A DNA stretch of 64,000 nt from an uncultured Collinsella sp. (GTDB taxonomy: Bacteria > Actinomycetota > Coriobacteriia > Coriobacteriales > Coriobacteriaceae), in the NCBI GenBank assembly GCA_958352845.1, contig CATWQC010000010.1:39-64038 (forward strand), in the 5' to 3' direction. Position numbers and translations under genes: made by a program. The notes beneath the pieces were generated by a model. It was not told the DNA's origin. It saw only the letters and a list, made by a program, of their open reading frames with translations, and ran no database searches. Below, piece after piece: positions 17,527 through 28,273 of the stretch (the stretch's first letter is position 1; each line of letters starts with the position of its first letter).

Positions 17527-18090
17527 TTAAATAACAGCCCAGTCAACGGCTTCGTGCCAACGCTCAACAAGACGTTCCAGGCGCCAGGCGGCATTGGCGG
17601 GACTTGTCGAGGGCAGGACGATAGCGGGCAGCCCCGTCCGATCTTGCAAGTAGCGTTTGTAGAGTCGCCCTGCCGTACCGCCGTTACAGACAACGACCTC
17701 GATCGGCGCGGCATCGGTAATGCGCTCGATATGTGCCGGCACAACGTTGCGGATGCTCGCGTCGCTCGAGCCCTTAATGTCGCAGCTCTCGACCACATCC
17801 CACAGGGCCACGCCGCCGTTCAGCAGCATGGCCCGCTTGGCGGCAATGGAGGCATCGAGCGTCGCGGGCTCACCGCTTGCCAAAGGATCGCCCTCGTTGG
17901 GCGGCACAGGCATACCGAGGCACGTGGCCATCACACGCCAAAAGCGATTCTGAGGGTTGCCGTAATAAAAGGCATTGGCGCGCGAAAGCACCGAGGGAAA
18001 CGACCCGAGCACCAAAACGCGCGAGTGCTCGTCAAACACGGGCTCAAACCCATGCTCAATATGTTGATAGCCCTCGTCAGACGCAGCCAC
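17527..18090 (-). CDS. Uracil-DNA glycosylase superfamily protein (DNA-deoxyinosine glycosylase-like)
   Basis: LVLGSFPS...YYGNPQNRFW...LPSTSPANA. Confidence 0.88.
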   Translation of the reverse strand: MAASDEGYQHIEHGFEPVFDEHSRVLVLGSFPSVLSRANAFYYGNPQNRFWRVMATCLGMPVPPNEGDPLASGEPATLDASIAAKRAMLLNGGVALWDVVESCDIKGSSDASIRNVVPAHIERITDAAPIEVVVCNGGTAGRLYKRYLQDRTGLPAIVLPSTSPANAAWRLERLVERWHEAVDWAVI

Positions 18091-18093
18091 GAG

Positions 18094-19470
18094 CTAGGCC
18101 CTCAGCAGATAACGCACCTCATAGGGTGCGAGTTCAAGGGAGCCCGGCAGCTCGACCGTGGGCGCACCGTCGGCAAGCAGGTCGACGAAGGAGCCGTTGA
18201 GTTCGCCGGCTCCAAAGGTATAGGGCTCGTTCACGGCATTGACCGCCACGAGCACCGTCGCGTCGTCGCAGGCGCGCTCGAACAGCAGCTGCTTGTTCTG
18301 GATCACCACGTTGCGATAGGCACCGTAGTTGAGGGCACGGGCCGCCGCGTCGTTTGCCGAGCGTAGGTGCGCGAGCTGCTTGATGAAGGCCGTTAGCTCG
18401 TTGGGCGCAGGCTCATCGAGCGCAGGACGTAGCGCCCAATCGCCATCGGGGCCGCCCTTTTCGCCGGCAATCCCCCACTCGCTGCCGTAGTAGACGCACG
18501 GAATGCCCGGCATACCAAAGAGCATGCCGTAGGCGGGGCGCAGGCAGGACTTGTCCGTCAGGATGCTCGCCAGGCGCGGCACATCGTGGTTGTCGACAAA
18601 CGACAGCAGGTGTTTGCCGCGGTAGATGCACCACGGGTCGCCGCCAAACTGGCGGTGCAACGAATGGGCGATCTCGAACATGTTGACCGAGTTAAAGCTG
18701 GAGTACAGGCCCTTGTAGCACTCGTAGTTGGTGCAGGAGCCGAGCATCTCGTCGTTGACGATCTGGTTGTAGTCGCCGTGGAGCGTCTCACCAATCAGCA
18801 CAAAGTCGGGCTTGAGCTCACGGGTAAAAGTATGCAGGCGGCGCATAAAGTCGCGGTCGAGCATATAGGCGACGTCCAGGCGCAGGCCGTCGATGCCAAA
18901 GACCTCGGCCCAGTGACGCACAGACTCAAGCAGGTAATCGACCACGGCGGGGTTTTGCAGGTTGAGCTTCACAAGCTCAAAATGGCCCTCCCAGCCCTCG
19001 TACCAAAAGCCGTCGCCGTAGCACGAGTCACCGTCAAAGCTGATGTGGAACCAATCCTTGTACGGCGAGTCCCACTTACGCTCCTGCACATCGCGGAAGG
19101 CCCAAAAGCCACGACCGACGTGGTTGAAGACGGCATCGAGTACCACGCGGATGCCATGGGCATGCAATGTCTCGCACACGGCGGCAAAGTCGGCATCGCT
19201 GCCTAGGCGGCGGTCGATGTGGCGCAGGCTGCGCGTGTCGTAGCCATGGCTATCGGACTCGAGCGGCGGGTTGATGAGCACGGCGCCAATGCCAAGTTCC
19301 TGCAGGTAATCGGCCCATTGGGCAATCTTCATGATGGGGGCATCGGGATTGGCAGCGGCATCGGCGGCAGGGGCGAGCTCATCCTCGGCAACGGGGGCGG
19401 CGTTTTCGCGCGGAGCTCCGCAAAAGCCCAGCGGATAGATCTGATAGAACGTCGTCTCGTATGCCCACAT
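18094..19470 (-). CDS. GH13 alpha-amylase family glycosidase
   Basis: YQIYPLGF, HGYD, LDAVFNH, DGLRLDVA, FVDNHD. Confidence 0.92.
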   Translation of the reverse strand: MWAYETTFYQIYPLGFCGAPRENAAPVAEDELAPAADAAANPDAPIMKIAQWADYLQELGIGAVLINPPLESDSHGYDTRSLRHIDRRLGSDADFAAVCETLHAHGIRVVLDAVFNHVGRGFWAFRDVQERKWDSPYKDWFHISFDGDSCYGDGFWYEGWEGHFELVKLNLQNPAVVDYLLESVRHWAEVFGIDGLRLDVAYMLDRDFMRRLHTFTRELKPDFVLIGETLHGDYNQIVNDEMLGSCTNYECYKGLYSSFNSVNMFEIAHSLHRQFGGDPWCIYRGKHLLSFVDNHDVPRLASILTDKSCLRPAYGMLFGMPGIPCVYYGSEWGIAGEKGGPDGDWALRPALDEPAPNELTAFIKQLAHLRSANDAAARALNYGAYRNVVIQNKQLLFERACDDATVLVAVNAVNEPYTFGAGELNGSFVDLLADGAPTVELPGSLELAPYEVRYLLRA

Positions 19471-19541
19471 AGCAACCTCCCGGTAAGCGCAACACAACGA
19501 CATCCATTGTATGCCCAGCTTGTATCCTCTCCCCCAAAATA

Positions 19542-19608
19542 AGTTGCGGTGGAATAGTTCCTGCTTGGGCCTTCAGAGGCCTTAAACAGGAACTATTCCA
19601 CCGCAACT
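19542..19608. repeat. 67-bp element with 15-bp terminal inverted repeats, copy 1
   Basis: AGTTGCGGTGGAATA...TATTCCACCGCAACT. Confidence 0.85.
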
Positions 19609-19623
19609 GATGAGGAAACGTGA

Positions 19624-20820
19624 TTAGGCGACAGGCTTTGCGCGACGAATGGCCGGGAACATCACCGTGATAGCGAGGATGACGCCCACGGCAGCGATCG
19701 CACCGCCCGCGAAGCCGATCCAGGCGATACCGGGACCCGAAACCACGGCTCCGCCGATCGCGGTACCCGTGCCGATACCGAGGTTGAACAGGCCCGAGAA
19801 GATCGACATGGCAACGGCCGACGAATCTGCCGGCGTGTGCTTGATGAGCTCGGCCTGAAACGCCACGTTAAAGGCCGTGGCGCAGCAACCCCACAGTGCG
19901 CAGACGGCAAGCACTGTCACGAGCGACGATGCGGCCGGCCCCATGAGCAGCAGGGCCACCGGCACGCCGGAGAGCGTGATAGCCAAGAACGGGAAGCGAT
20001 GCCCATCGAACAGGCGGCCAAACAGCCAGCTTCCGAGCAAACCAGAGCAGCCAAACGCCGTCAGCGTCATGGTAATGGCGCCCGCATCGACGTGCGCGAC
20101 CTGCGCCAGGAAGGGCTCGATATAGCTGTAGCTTGCGTAATAGCCGGTCGCTATGAAGACCGTGACTGCGTAGAGCGCGATGAGGAGCGGGTTCTTGAGC
20201 AGCTCGGGCAGTTGCTTGACGGTAAAGCGCTCACCCGCCGGCATGGCCGGGAACACCGCTGCCTGGTAGACGGCCGCGATGGCCGAGAGGCCCCCGACCA
20301 CGGCAAACGTCATGCGCCAGCCCACGGCCAAGCCTATGGCGCGACCGAGGGGCAGGCCAAAGATCTGCGCGATGGACGAGCCAGTGGCGATCATGCTGAT
20401 GGCGAGCGCCCCATGGCGCGTGTCGACCAGGCGCGAGGCCATAATCGAAGCGACCGACCAGAACACGGCATGCGCGCAAGCGACCACCAGGCGCGCGCAG
20501 ACCAAGATGGGATAGGTGGGCGCCACGGCGGACAGGAACTGGCCGAGCGAGAACACGGCAAGCACGCCCAGCAGCATCCGCTTGAACTCGAAGCGCGAGG
20601 CAAACACCATGAGCGGCAACGACAGCAGCATGACGCCCCAGGCATAGACCGAGATCATGATGCCCGCCTGGGCCTCGGTGAGCGAGAACGACGCGGCGAT
20701 ATCAGTCAAAAGGCCGATGGGCATAAACTCCGACGTGTTGAACACGAACGCACAGCAGGTGAGCCCGACGAGTGGGAGCCACTGCCTGAGCGTGATGCCA
20801 TCTTGCCTTGCCTGACTCAT
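19624..20820 (-). CDS. MFS transporter (SotB/AraJ-like efflux)
   Basis: FVFNTSEFMPIGLLTDIA; about 12 hydrophobic segments. Confidence 0.88.
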   Translation of the reverse strand: MSQARQDGITLRQWLPLVGLTCCAFVFNTSEFMPIGLLTDIAASFSLTEAQAGIMISVYAWGVMLLSLPLMVFASRFEFKRMLLGVLAVFSLGQFLSAVAPTYPILVCARLVVACAHAVFWSVASIMASRLVDTRHGALAISMIATGSSIAQIFGLPLGRAIGLAVGWRMTFAVVGGLSAIAAVYQAAVFPAMPAGERFTVKQLPELLKNPLLIALYAVTVFIATGYYASYSYIEPFLAQVAHVDAGAITMTLTAFGCSGLLGSWLFGRLFDGHRFPFLAITLSGVPVALLLMGPAASSLVTVLAVCALWGCCATAFNVAFQAELIKHTPADSSAVAMSIFSGLFNLGIGTGTAIGGAVVSGPGIAWIGFAGGAIAAVGVILAITVMFPAIRRAKPVA

Positions 20821-20940
20821 ATATAACATCTCCAATCATTTTGAGCGGAGGCGATTATATAGCAACGGTCCCACATCCGTCAGTAACGGACACGGGACCG
20901 AAACAATTCGATACACAGAGGTTGCGCCGTCAATAAATAG

Positions 20941-23301
20941 CTAAGCCAACCCCAGCAATATGCCCGCCGAATGCACGACAAACGCCACGATCCAGGCGAC
21001 CGTCACTTGAAACGCGAACACGGCAACGGCATAGCGCGCGCCCAACTCGCTCCTGACGGCGCCGATGGCCGCCACGCAGGGCGGGTACAGCAACGTAAAG
21101 ACCAGGAACACGTAAGCGGTAAACGGCGAAAACATGGTCGACAGTGCCGCGGGTGAGGTCGCGCCCAAAAGCACTGTGAGAGTCGAGATGACGCTCTCCT
21201 TGGCAATAAGTCCGGTGACGAGCGCCGTGGATGCGCGCCAGTCGCCAAAGCCGAGCGGCGCCAGCAGCGGGGCGATGATGCTACCCAGGCCGGCAAGCAG
21301 ACTCTGCGACTGGTCGGCGACCACGTTAAAGCGGATATCGAACGTCTGCAGGAACCAGATGACCACCGTAGCGGCAAAGATAATGGTAAAGGCCTTGGTG
21401 ATGAAGTCCTTGGCCTTATCCCATGCCAGCATCACCGTCGTCTTGACGCTCGGCAGGCGGTAATTGGGAAGCTCCATGATAAACGGCACCGGGTCGCCCT
21501 TAAATGCCGTGCGGTTGAGCACCAAAGCCGCGATGCAGCCGACCACGATACCGATCAGATAGAGCGAGACCATGGCGGGAACCGTTGCCTGTGGGAAAAA
21601 CGCCCCGCACAGCAAGCCGTAAACCGGCAACTTGGCTGAGCAGCTCATAAACGGCGTGAGCATGACCGTCATCTTGCGGTCGTGCTCGGATGGGAGCGTA
21701 CGGGTCGACATGATAGCCGGCACGGTGCAGCCAAAACCGACGAGCATGGGCACAAAGCTGCGGCCCGACAGGCCAAAACGACGCAGCACCTTATCCATGA
21801 CAAAGGCGACGCGCGCCATGTAGCCCGAGTCTTCCAGAATGGAGAGGAACAAGAAGAGCACGACGATAATCGGCAGGAAGGTCAGCACACTGCCCACGCC
21901 CGTAAGCACGCCGTCGACAGCCAGCGAGCGCACCACGTCGTTGGTGCCGAACGCCTTGAGGCCCGCATCGGCCGAGGCGATGATAGCAGCGATACCGTCC
22001 TCCATGAGTCCCTGCAACGCCGCGCCGATCACGCCAAACGTCAGCCAAAAGACGAGGCCCATGATCACCAGGAACGCCGGAATGGCCGTGTAGCGACCCG
22101 TCAGGATGCGGTCGATCTTGACGGAGCGCACGTGCTCGCGGCTTTCGTGCGGTTTGACGACGCAGCGCCCGCACACGTCGCCGATAAAGCTAAAGCGCAT
22201 ATCGGCCAGCGCGGACAGGCGGTCGGTGCCGGCCTCGCCCTCCATCTGGGTAATGATGTGCTCGATAGCGTCGAGCTCGTTGCGATCCAGGTGAAGCGCC
22301 TCGGTCACCAGCTCGTCGCCCTCAACCAGCTTGGTCGCCGCAAAGCGCACCGGGATGTGCGCCGTCACGGCATGGTCCTCGATCAGGTTGGCAATGCCGT
22401 GGATGCAGCGATGCAGTGCGCCGCCGTCCGATCCATCGGGCGCACAGAAGTCCAGGCGACCGGGGCGCTCGCGGAACCGCGCCACGTGCAAGGCATGATC
22501 CACCAGCTCGCCGATACCCTCGTTGCGGGCAGCGCTAATGGGAACAACAGGCACGCCCAACAGGCTCTCGAGCAGATTGACGTCCACGGCGCCGCCGTTG
22601 GCCGTCACCTCGTCCATCATGTTGAGCGCGATGACCATGGGGCGGTCGAGCTCCATAAGCTGCAGCGTCAGGTACAGGTTACGTTCGATGTTGGTGGCGT
22701 CGATGATGTCGATGATGGCGTCGGGGTTTTCGTCCAAGATGAATTGGCGGCTGACGATCTCTTCGCCCGTGTACGGCGACAGGGAGTAAATGCCGGGCAG
22801 ATCGGTAACGCTTGCCTCGGGATGGTTACGGATGGTGCCGTCCTTGCGGTCGACCGTCACGCCAGGAAAGTTACCGACGTGCTGGTTGGAGCCCGTAAGC
22901 TGGTTGAACAGCGTGGTCTTACCGCAGTTTTGGTTGCCGGCGAGGGCAAAATGCAGCGGTGCGCCCTCGGGCACGGCCGTTTTTGCCGCACGGGGCGAAT
23001 ACATCCCCTCGCCGAGTGCCGGATGCTCCGTCGTTCCGATTGCGGCGTTGGCGCGCGGACCGGTATCGGTGTCGTGCACATCCACGAGCTCAATGCGTGC
23101 GGCATCATCCTTGCGCAGCGTCAACTCGTAGCCACGCAGGCGAATCTCGAGCGGGTCGCCCATGGGGGCGTACTTCATCATGGTGACTTCGGTGCCCGGC
23201 GTTAGGCCCATGTCCAAAATATGCTGTCGGAGTGCCTGGTCGTCCGATGCCACCGATGCGACAACGGCGTCCTTTCCAATCTCGAGCGTATCGAGCTTCA
23301 C
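20941..23301 (-). CDS. feoB: Ferrous iron transporter FeoB with an N-terminal FeoA domain
   Basis: FeoA LDMGLTPGT..APMGDP; G-domain GNQNCGKTT, NFPGVTV, DLPG; GTG start after GGGGGAGG. Confidence 0.93.
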   Translation of the reverse strand: MKLDTLEIGKDAVVASVASDDQALRQHILDMGLTPGTEVTMMKYAPMGDPLEIRLRGYELTLRKDDAARIELVDVHDTDTGPRANAAIGTTEHPALGEGMYSPRAAKTAVPEGAPLHFALAGNQNCGKTTLFNQLTGSNQHVGNFPGVTVDRKDGTIRNHPEASVTDLPGIYSLSPYTGEEIVSRQFILDENPDAIIDIIDATNIERNLYLTLQLMELDRPMVIALNMMDEVTANGGAVDVNLLESLLGVPVVPISAARNEGIGELVDHALHVARFRERPGRLDFCAPDGSDGGALHRCIHGIANLIEDHAVTAHIPVRFAATKLVEGDELVTEALHLDRNELDAIEHIITQMEGEAGTDRLSALADMRFSFIGDVCGRCVVKPHESREHVRSVKIDRILTGRYTAIPAFLVIMGLVFWLTFGVIGAALQGLMEDGIAAIIASADAGLKAFGTNDVVRSLAVDGVLTGVGSVLTFLPIIVVLFLFLSILEDSGYMARVAFVMDKVLRRFGLSGRSFVPMLVGFGCTVPAIMSTRTLPSEHDRKMTVMLTPFMSCSAKLPVYGLLCGAFFPQATVPAMVSLYLIGIVVGCIAALVLNRTAFKGDPVPFIMELPNYRLPSVKTTVMLAWDKAKDFITKAFTIIFAATVVIWFLQTFDIRFNVVADQSQSLLAGLGSIIAPLLAPLGFGDWRASTALVTGLIAKESVISTLTVLLGATSPAALSTMFSPFTAYVFLVFTLLYPPCVAAIGAVRSELGARYAVAVFAFQVTVAWIVAFVVHSAGILLGLA

Positions 23302-23343
23302 GTCCGTGTTCCTCCCCCGGCGCCCACAGGGCGTTGCATTTAT

Positions 23344-23376
23344 GTTCACCTTGGCTAACCGTTTGCCACGGCTAAC
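23344..23376 (-). promoter_or_regulatory. Tandem putative metal-repressor (DtxR/MntR-like) boxes
   Basis: Two 16-bp pseudo-palindromes, GTTAGCCGTGGCAAAC and GTTAGCCAAGGTGAAC, upstream of feoB. Confidence 0.4.
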
Positions 23377-23459
23377 CAATTTAACCATGCATGATAGCGC
23401 GAACACACAACGATGTTCAATCAGCAAATTGGCGCAATGGGGACAGGCAGGAGAGTTCA

Positions 23460-23660
23460 GGGCCATAGTTTCCCGATGAGGCCTCTCGGGGAAACTACAT
23501 CCCAGAATTCCGGCTCGAAACGGGATATGGTTTCCCAAACAGGCCTCTTACGGAAAATGCATCCCGGAATCCTCGCTCGAAACGGGACGCGCTTTCCCAG
23601 TCGAGGCCCTATGGGAAACTGCGTCCCACCTTGAAAGGCAAAACTGGGGCGCAGTTTCCG
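23460..23660. repeat. 62-bp-period array of alternating inverted 15-mers
   Basis: GGGA(C/T)...TTTCCC-like motifs at 23460, 23522, 23584, 23646; inverse motifs at 23489, 23551, 23613. Confidence 0.85.
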
Positions 23661-23679
23661 GGCGGGGCATCAAAAACGA

Positions 23680-23746
23680 AGTTGCGGTGGAATAGTTCCT
23701 GGATGGGCTGGTTGATGCCCCAGATAGGAACTATTTCACCGCAAGT
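23680..23746. repeat. 67-bp TIR element, copy 2
   Basis: AGTTGCGGTGGAATA...TATTTCACCGCAAGT. Confidence 0.85.
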
Positions 23747-23773
23747 TATTGAAGGGCTTGGATGCCGGGACTC

Positions 23774-24673
23774 TTACAGATGGCGCTCCAGGAAGCGGAA
23801 GGCTAGGCGGATCCAGGGACGGACCGCTACCTGCTTGTCCTCGTTGTCGACCGCGGTGTTGGCGTTGCCGAGCGAAAGGCCGTGACCACCCTGGTCGAAG
23901 ACGTGCATCTCGCATGCAACGCCCTCCTCGGCCATGCGCTGCGCAAACGGGTAGACCTGCGCGATCGGCGCCGTCTTGTCGTCGGACACGCCCCACACAA
24001 AGGTCGGTGGCATCTGACGCGAAACATGCGTGGTGGGGCAGATGTCGGCCAGATGCTCGTCAGTTGCCTCGCCGCCCGTCACCATCGACAGGTAGTCGTT
24101 GAGCAAATCGCGCCCCGTCTTGCCGCCCGTCTTGGGCACACGCAAGTCAATGCGCGGATCGCGCGTCTGCATGTCGCGCACATAGGCAAAGTCGAGCAAT
24201 GGATAGCCCAGCACCACGGCATCGGGACGAATGTCGTCCGGACGCGCCCCGGCAAGTGCCGCAAAGGGGCCGGTCTTCCACTGTGTTGCCAGCGAGGCGC
24301 AAATCATGCCGCCAGCAGAAAAGCCCACGACGCACACGCGCTTAGGATCGACATGCCACTCGTCGGCGTTGGCGCGCACCGTGGCGACCATCTTGGCAAG
24401 ATCTGCCTGGGGGTGCGGAAAGCTCACGTCACCCGTAGAACTCGTGACATAGTTGAGCACAAAGGCCTGGTAACCGTGATCCAAAAACGCAAACGCCACC
24501 GGGTCCTGCTCGTGCGGAGCGATATGTGTAAACCCGCCTCCGCCACAGATAATCACCGCGGGGCGGCGGCCATTCGGTTTATCGGGCAACGGCTCGGCAC
24601 CCAAATACGTAAACGTCGCCGGATAATCCTCGGTCGGCTCCTCGCCCCACAGCGCATGGTTCTCGACAATCAT
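23774..24673 (-). CDS. Alpha/beta hydrolase (esterase)
   Basis: GGGF oxyanion motif, GFSAGG nucleophile elbow, D and HG triad residues. Confidence 0.9.
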   Translation of the reverse strand: MIVENHALWGEEPTEDYPATFTYLGAEPLPDKPNGRRPAVIICGGGGFTHIAPHEQDPVAFAFLDHGYQAFVLNYVTSSTGDVSFPHPQADLAKMVATVRANADEWHVDPKRVCVVGFSAGGMICASLATQWKTGPFAALAGARPDDIRPDAVVLGYPLLDFAYVRDMQTRDPRIDLRVPKTGGKTGRDLLNDYLSMVTGGEATDEHLADICPTTHVSRQMPPTFVWGVSDDKTAPIAQVYPFAQRMAEEGVACEMHVFDQGGHGLSLGNANTAVDNEDKQVAVRPWIRLAFRFLERHL

Positions 24674-24857
24674 ATGTGCTCCCTTCGCGCAAATTATGCG
24701 CCCTTGTTTTTCGCCTTCAAGCGTACCCCACTTGAACCCGTGGCGCAGAAACACTCCGGCAATAAGTTTCCCTTCAACTGATATATCACATAATCCCAGT
24801 TCAGAGGTATCGTTGAGCAGCGTAGAATAGGGGCGTTGACCAAGCCGCGAAACACAT

Positions 24858-24871
24858 GTGAAACGTTTCCG
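24858..24871. promoter_or_regulatory. LacI-family-like operator
   Basis: GAAACGTTTC palindrome upstream of the PTS IIA gene. Confidence 0.4.
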
Positions 24872-24916
24872 GCAAACCAAACGCGCGATATGCGCCTATT
24901 TAAGTTGGAGGCAACT

Positions 24917-25480
24917 ATGGGTCTGCTCGATTCGCTTAAGTCCACCTTCACCTCGACCGGCGAGGCGTCCGTTCCGCCCGCAGCAAGCTTCGCTACCCGC
25001 GAAGGCGTCATCTATGCCCCCGTCAACGGCGTGCTCGTCAACCTGAACGAGGTTCCCGACGAGACGATCGCCTCGGGCATGCTTGGCCAGGGCTATGGCA
25101 TCGAGCCCATTACCGGCACCATCTATGCGCCCGCCAACGGCCGCATCGGTGCCACCACTGTCACCAACCACTCCATCGGCATGATCACCGAGGACGGCCT
25201 GCGCGTGTTCATCCATGTTGGCCTGGGCACCGTGGAAATGAACGGCAAGGGTTTTGCCCGCTTTGTCGAGATGGGCGATGTGGTCAAGGCAGGCCAGCCG
25301 CTCATCAGCTTCGACCGCGAGGCCATTAAGGCCGCTGGTCACGAGGACATCGTGACCGTCATCGTCTCCGAGCTCGATCGTCTTAAGAGCATCGACCATG
25401 TCGGCGAGTCTGGAACGCTTATCGGCGGCAACCCGCTCGTCAAGCTTGGCGACCCGCTGCTGGTTGCCAAGACCAAGTAG
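24917..25480 (+). CDS. PTS glucose-family EIIA component
   Basis: [28 protein letters not shown]. Confidence 0.9.
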   Translation: MGLLDSLKSTFTSTGEASVPPAASFATREGVIYAPVNGVLVNLNEVPDETIASGMLGQGYGIEPITGTIYAPANGRIGATTVTNHSIGMITEDGLRVFIHVGLGTVEMNGKGFARFVEMGDVVKAGQPLISFDREAIKAAGHEDIVTVIVSELDRLKSIDHVGESGTLIGGNPLVKLGDPLLVAKTK

Positions 25481-25661
25481 CCAGGCCCCACGCCACACAG
25501 CCAAAAGGCACCTCGTCAAGCGCCCGCGACCATTTGGCCGCGGGCGCTTTTCGTTTGAAAAACCATCCCGCCAATGCTTTATCTGTATAGCTCAAATGAG
25601 CCGAGCTGCTAGAATATCGAACTGTATGGATAACTATCATTCAACCGTTATGGGAGGATAC

Positions 25662-27065
25662 GTGAACCGCACCAAAATCGCGCAGCTCTATGCCGATGCC
25701 GAGTCGCTCGGCGGCCAGACCGTCACCGTCGCCGGCTGGGTCAAGTCCGTCCGCGACATGAAGAACTTTGGCTTTGTTACGCTCAACGACGGCAGCTGCT
25801 TCCGCGACCTGCAGGTCGTCATGAACCGCGAGGCACTCGACAACTACGACGAGATCGCCCATCAAAACGTCTCGGCCGCACTCATTTGCACCGGCACCGT
25901 CAAGCTGACCCCCGATGCGCCCCAGCCTTTCGAGCTTTCTGCCACTTCCATCGAGGTCGAGGGCACGAGCGCCCCGGATTACCCGCTGCAGAAGAAGCGC
26001 GCAACCGTCGAGTTCCTGCGCACCCAGCAGCACCTGCGCCCGCGCACCAACCTGTTCCGCGCCGTGTTCCGCATTCGCTCTGTCGCGGCTGCCGCCATCC
26101 ACCGCTTCTTCCAGGAGCAGGGCTTTGTCTACGTCAACACCCCCATCATCACCACGAGTGACTGCGAGGGCGCCGGCGAGATGTTCCGCGTGACCACGCT
26201 CGACCCCAAAAATCCGCCCCTCACCGAGTCCGGCGAGGTCGACTGGAGCCAGGACTTCTTTGGCAAGCATGCAAGCCTCACCGTGTCCGGCCAGCTCAAT
26301 GCCGAGAACTTTGCCATGGCCTTTGGTGACGTGTACACCTTTGGCCCCACCTTCCGTGCCGAGAACTCCAACACCACGCGCCACGCCGCCGAGTTTTGGA
26401 TGATCGAGCCCGAGATGGCCTTTGCCGACCTTAACGACTACATGGACAACGCCGAGGCCATGCTCAAGTACGTCCTTAAGGACGTTATGGCCACCTGCCC
26501 CGACGAGCTCAATATGCTCAACAAGTTTGTGGACAAGGGTCTGCTCGAGCGCCTGGACCATGTCGCCAACTCCGACTTTGCCCGCGTTACCTACACCGAG
26601 GCCGTCGAGATCCTGGAGCAGGCAGTCGCCGACGGCCACAAGTTCGACTACCCCGTGAGCTGGGGCATCGACCTGCAAACCGAGCACGAACGCTTCCTGA
26701 CCGAGGAGCACTTTAAGCGCCCGACCTTCGTGACCGACTACCCGGCTGAGATCAAGGCATTCTACATGCGCATGAACGAGGACGGCAAGACCGTCGCCGC
26801 CGCCGACTGCCTGGTTCCCGGTATCGGCGAGATTATCGGCGGCTCCCAGCGCGAGGAGCGCCTGGATCTGCTCGAGGCCCGCATCAAGGACCTGGGCATG
26901 AATCCCGAGCAGTACAAGTACTACCTTGACCTGCGCCGCTACGGTTCCTGCAAGCACGCCGGCTACGGTCTGGGCTTCGAGCGCTTGGTCATGTATCTGA
27001 CCGGCGTGGGCAACATCCGCGACGTCCTGCCGCACCCGCGCACCGTGGGCAACGCCGACTTCTAA
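25662..27065 (+). CDS. asnS: Asparagine--tRNA ligase
   Basis: [39 protein letters not shown] start after GGAGG. Confidence 0.95.
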   Translation: MNRTKIAQLYADAESLGGQTVTVAGWVKSVRDMKNFGFVTLNDGSCFRDLQVVMNREALDNYDEIAHQNVSAALICTGTVKLTPDAPQPFELSATSIEVEGTSAPDYPLQKKRATVEFLRTQQHLRPRTNLFRAVFRIRSVAAAAIHRFFQEQGFVYVNTPIITTSDCEGAGEMFRVTTLDPKNPPLTESGEVDWSQDFFGKHASLTVSGQLNAENFAMAFGDVYTFGPTFRAENSNTTRHAAEFWMIEPEMAFADLNDYMDNAEAMLKYVLKDVMATCPDELNMLNKFVDKGLLERLDHVANSDFARVTYTEAVEILEQAVADGHKFDYPVSWGIDLQTEHERFLTEEHFKRPTFVTDYPAEIKAFYMRMNEDGKTVAAADCLVPGIGEIIGGSQREERLDLLEARIKDLGMNPEQYKYYLDLRRYGSCKHAGYGLGFERLVMYLTGVGNIRDVLPHPRTVGNADF

Positions 27066-27112
27066 TCGTCGGACGCTAGCTCGCGTCGCCACACGCCAAC
27101 GCTCATCGCACA

Positions 27113-27147
27113 AGCGCCTCTCGACATCGGTCGAGAGGCGCTTTTTT
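27113..27147 (+). terminator. asnS terminator
   Basis: AAGCGCCTCTCGAC/GTCGAGAGGCGCTT stem plus T6. Confidence 0.8.
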
Positions 27148-27323
27148 CAACAGCATCCGTCAAGCTTTTGGCAAGTTTTTGGACAGTTGAGCAGGGCTGT
27201 TGAAAACTCGACCCGCCGTTTGCCGACGACTACCGACCGCCCAGAGCGCCCTGCGCCCCTGGGAAAGCCCCACGTCCTAGGCTCCATACCGTCGCCACCC
27301 AAAACGGAAAGGACGTGGGCACC

Positions 27324-28112
27324 ATGACCGAAGCCGCTGTTGAAACCTACGACACCACGACGAGAGGCGCCGCCTCGATGGCAGCCTATCGCGCCGTTCG
27401 CATCCTGCAGCTCTTGAGCGAAAACACCGGCGAGGACAAGGCCATGCTTTCCGATGAGTTGATCCGGCGCCTCGCCCATCCCGACGACCCCGCCCGCATG
27501 CCCATCTCGGCGGCGCGGCGCAGCATCTACACCGCCATCTCCGCGCTTCGCCATGCCGGATACGAAATTGAGTACAAACGCGGCGTGGGCTACAAACTTC
27601 TTACCCGTCCGCTCACCGATGAAGAGATCATCCGGCTCCACGGTATGGTCATGCGCAACCGCTCCACGCCTATCGCTATCCGCAAGAGCATGGCGCAGCA
27701 CTTAGTTGCCATGGCGAGTGCCGACGTTCGCGGCTACCTCGATACACCCGAACCCGTTCCGAGCGCAGGCAGCAAGGCTACCAAGGCAACACGCACGCCC
27801 ATCAAGCGCATCGACACGTGCGAGCTCGTCGAGCAGGCCATCGACCACGGAACCACGGTGAGTTTTGATATTTCGAGCGTCACGGCACGTGGCGAAACCG
27901 AAGTAGCACGGATGACACTCCGCCCCTTTGCCATCAGGCAGCGCGATGGCATCTCGTATTTGCTGGGAACGGTCTATGACGCCCGAGGTGCCGATGACAC
28001 GCTGCGCACCGTAGAGATTGGCCGCATGAGAAACGTCACCACACGTCTCCTCGACGGCAAGAAGCTCTTCGCCGCCCTCGACGAGGAGGACGACGCCTCC
28101 TCCGCCGCATAA
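27324..28112 (+). CDS. HTH/WYL-like transcriptional regulator
   Basis: N-terminal wHTH (RRSIYTAISALRHAGYEI), C-terminal PFAI...YLLG...RTVEIGRM WYL-like segment. Confidence 0.7.
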   Translation: MTEAAVETYDTTTRGAASMAAYRAVRILQLLSENTGEDKAMLSDELIRRLAHPDDPARMPISAARRSIYTAISALRHAGYEIEYKRGVGYKLLTRPLTDEEIIRLHGMVMRNRSTPIAIRKSMAQHLVAMASADVRGYLDTPEPVPSAGSKATKATRTPIKRIDTCELVEQAIDHGTTVSFDISSVTARGETEVARMTLRPFAIRQRDGISYLLGTVYDARGADDTLRTVEIGRMRNVTTRLLDGKKLFAALDEEDDASSAA

Positions 28113-28273
28113 GACCCTCCGCCGCCCATTCGACTACCCGTACCGCCCATCCGATTCTGTATTAAAAAACCCGCCAGGCTGTTGTAAAAATGGACATCAG
28201 CGCTACTATAAGTTCCACTTGCACTTTGTCCCAGTGCAGTGTTTCCAGCCATTTTTATACTGGGGGTAATGAT

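Noticed and set aside
19542..19608. Integron attC identity for the 67-bp and 204-bp hairpins
   Set aside because: The ends read GTT...AAC rather than RYYYAAC...GTTRRRY, and no integron integrase is in the window
23302..23538. N-terminal extensions in the ORF track for feoB (also galU, asnS, mntP, pepD, clpC, tuf)
   Set aside because: Downstream starts have SD sequences and match the family N-termini; the extensions cross regulatory or repeat DNA
23460..23660. CRISPR interpretation of the 62-bp and 40-bp arrays
   Set aside because: Repeats are short, degenerate and alternate in orientation; there are few units and no cas genes
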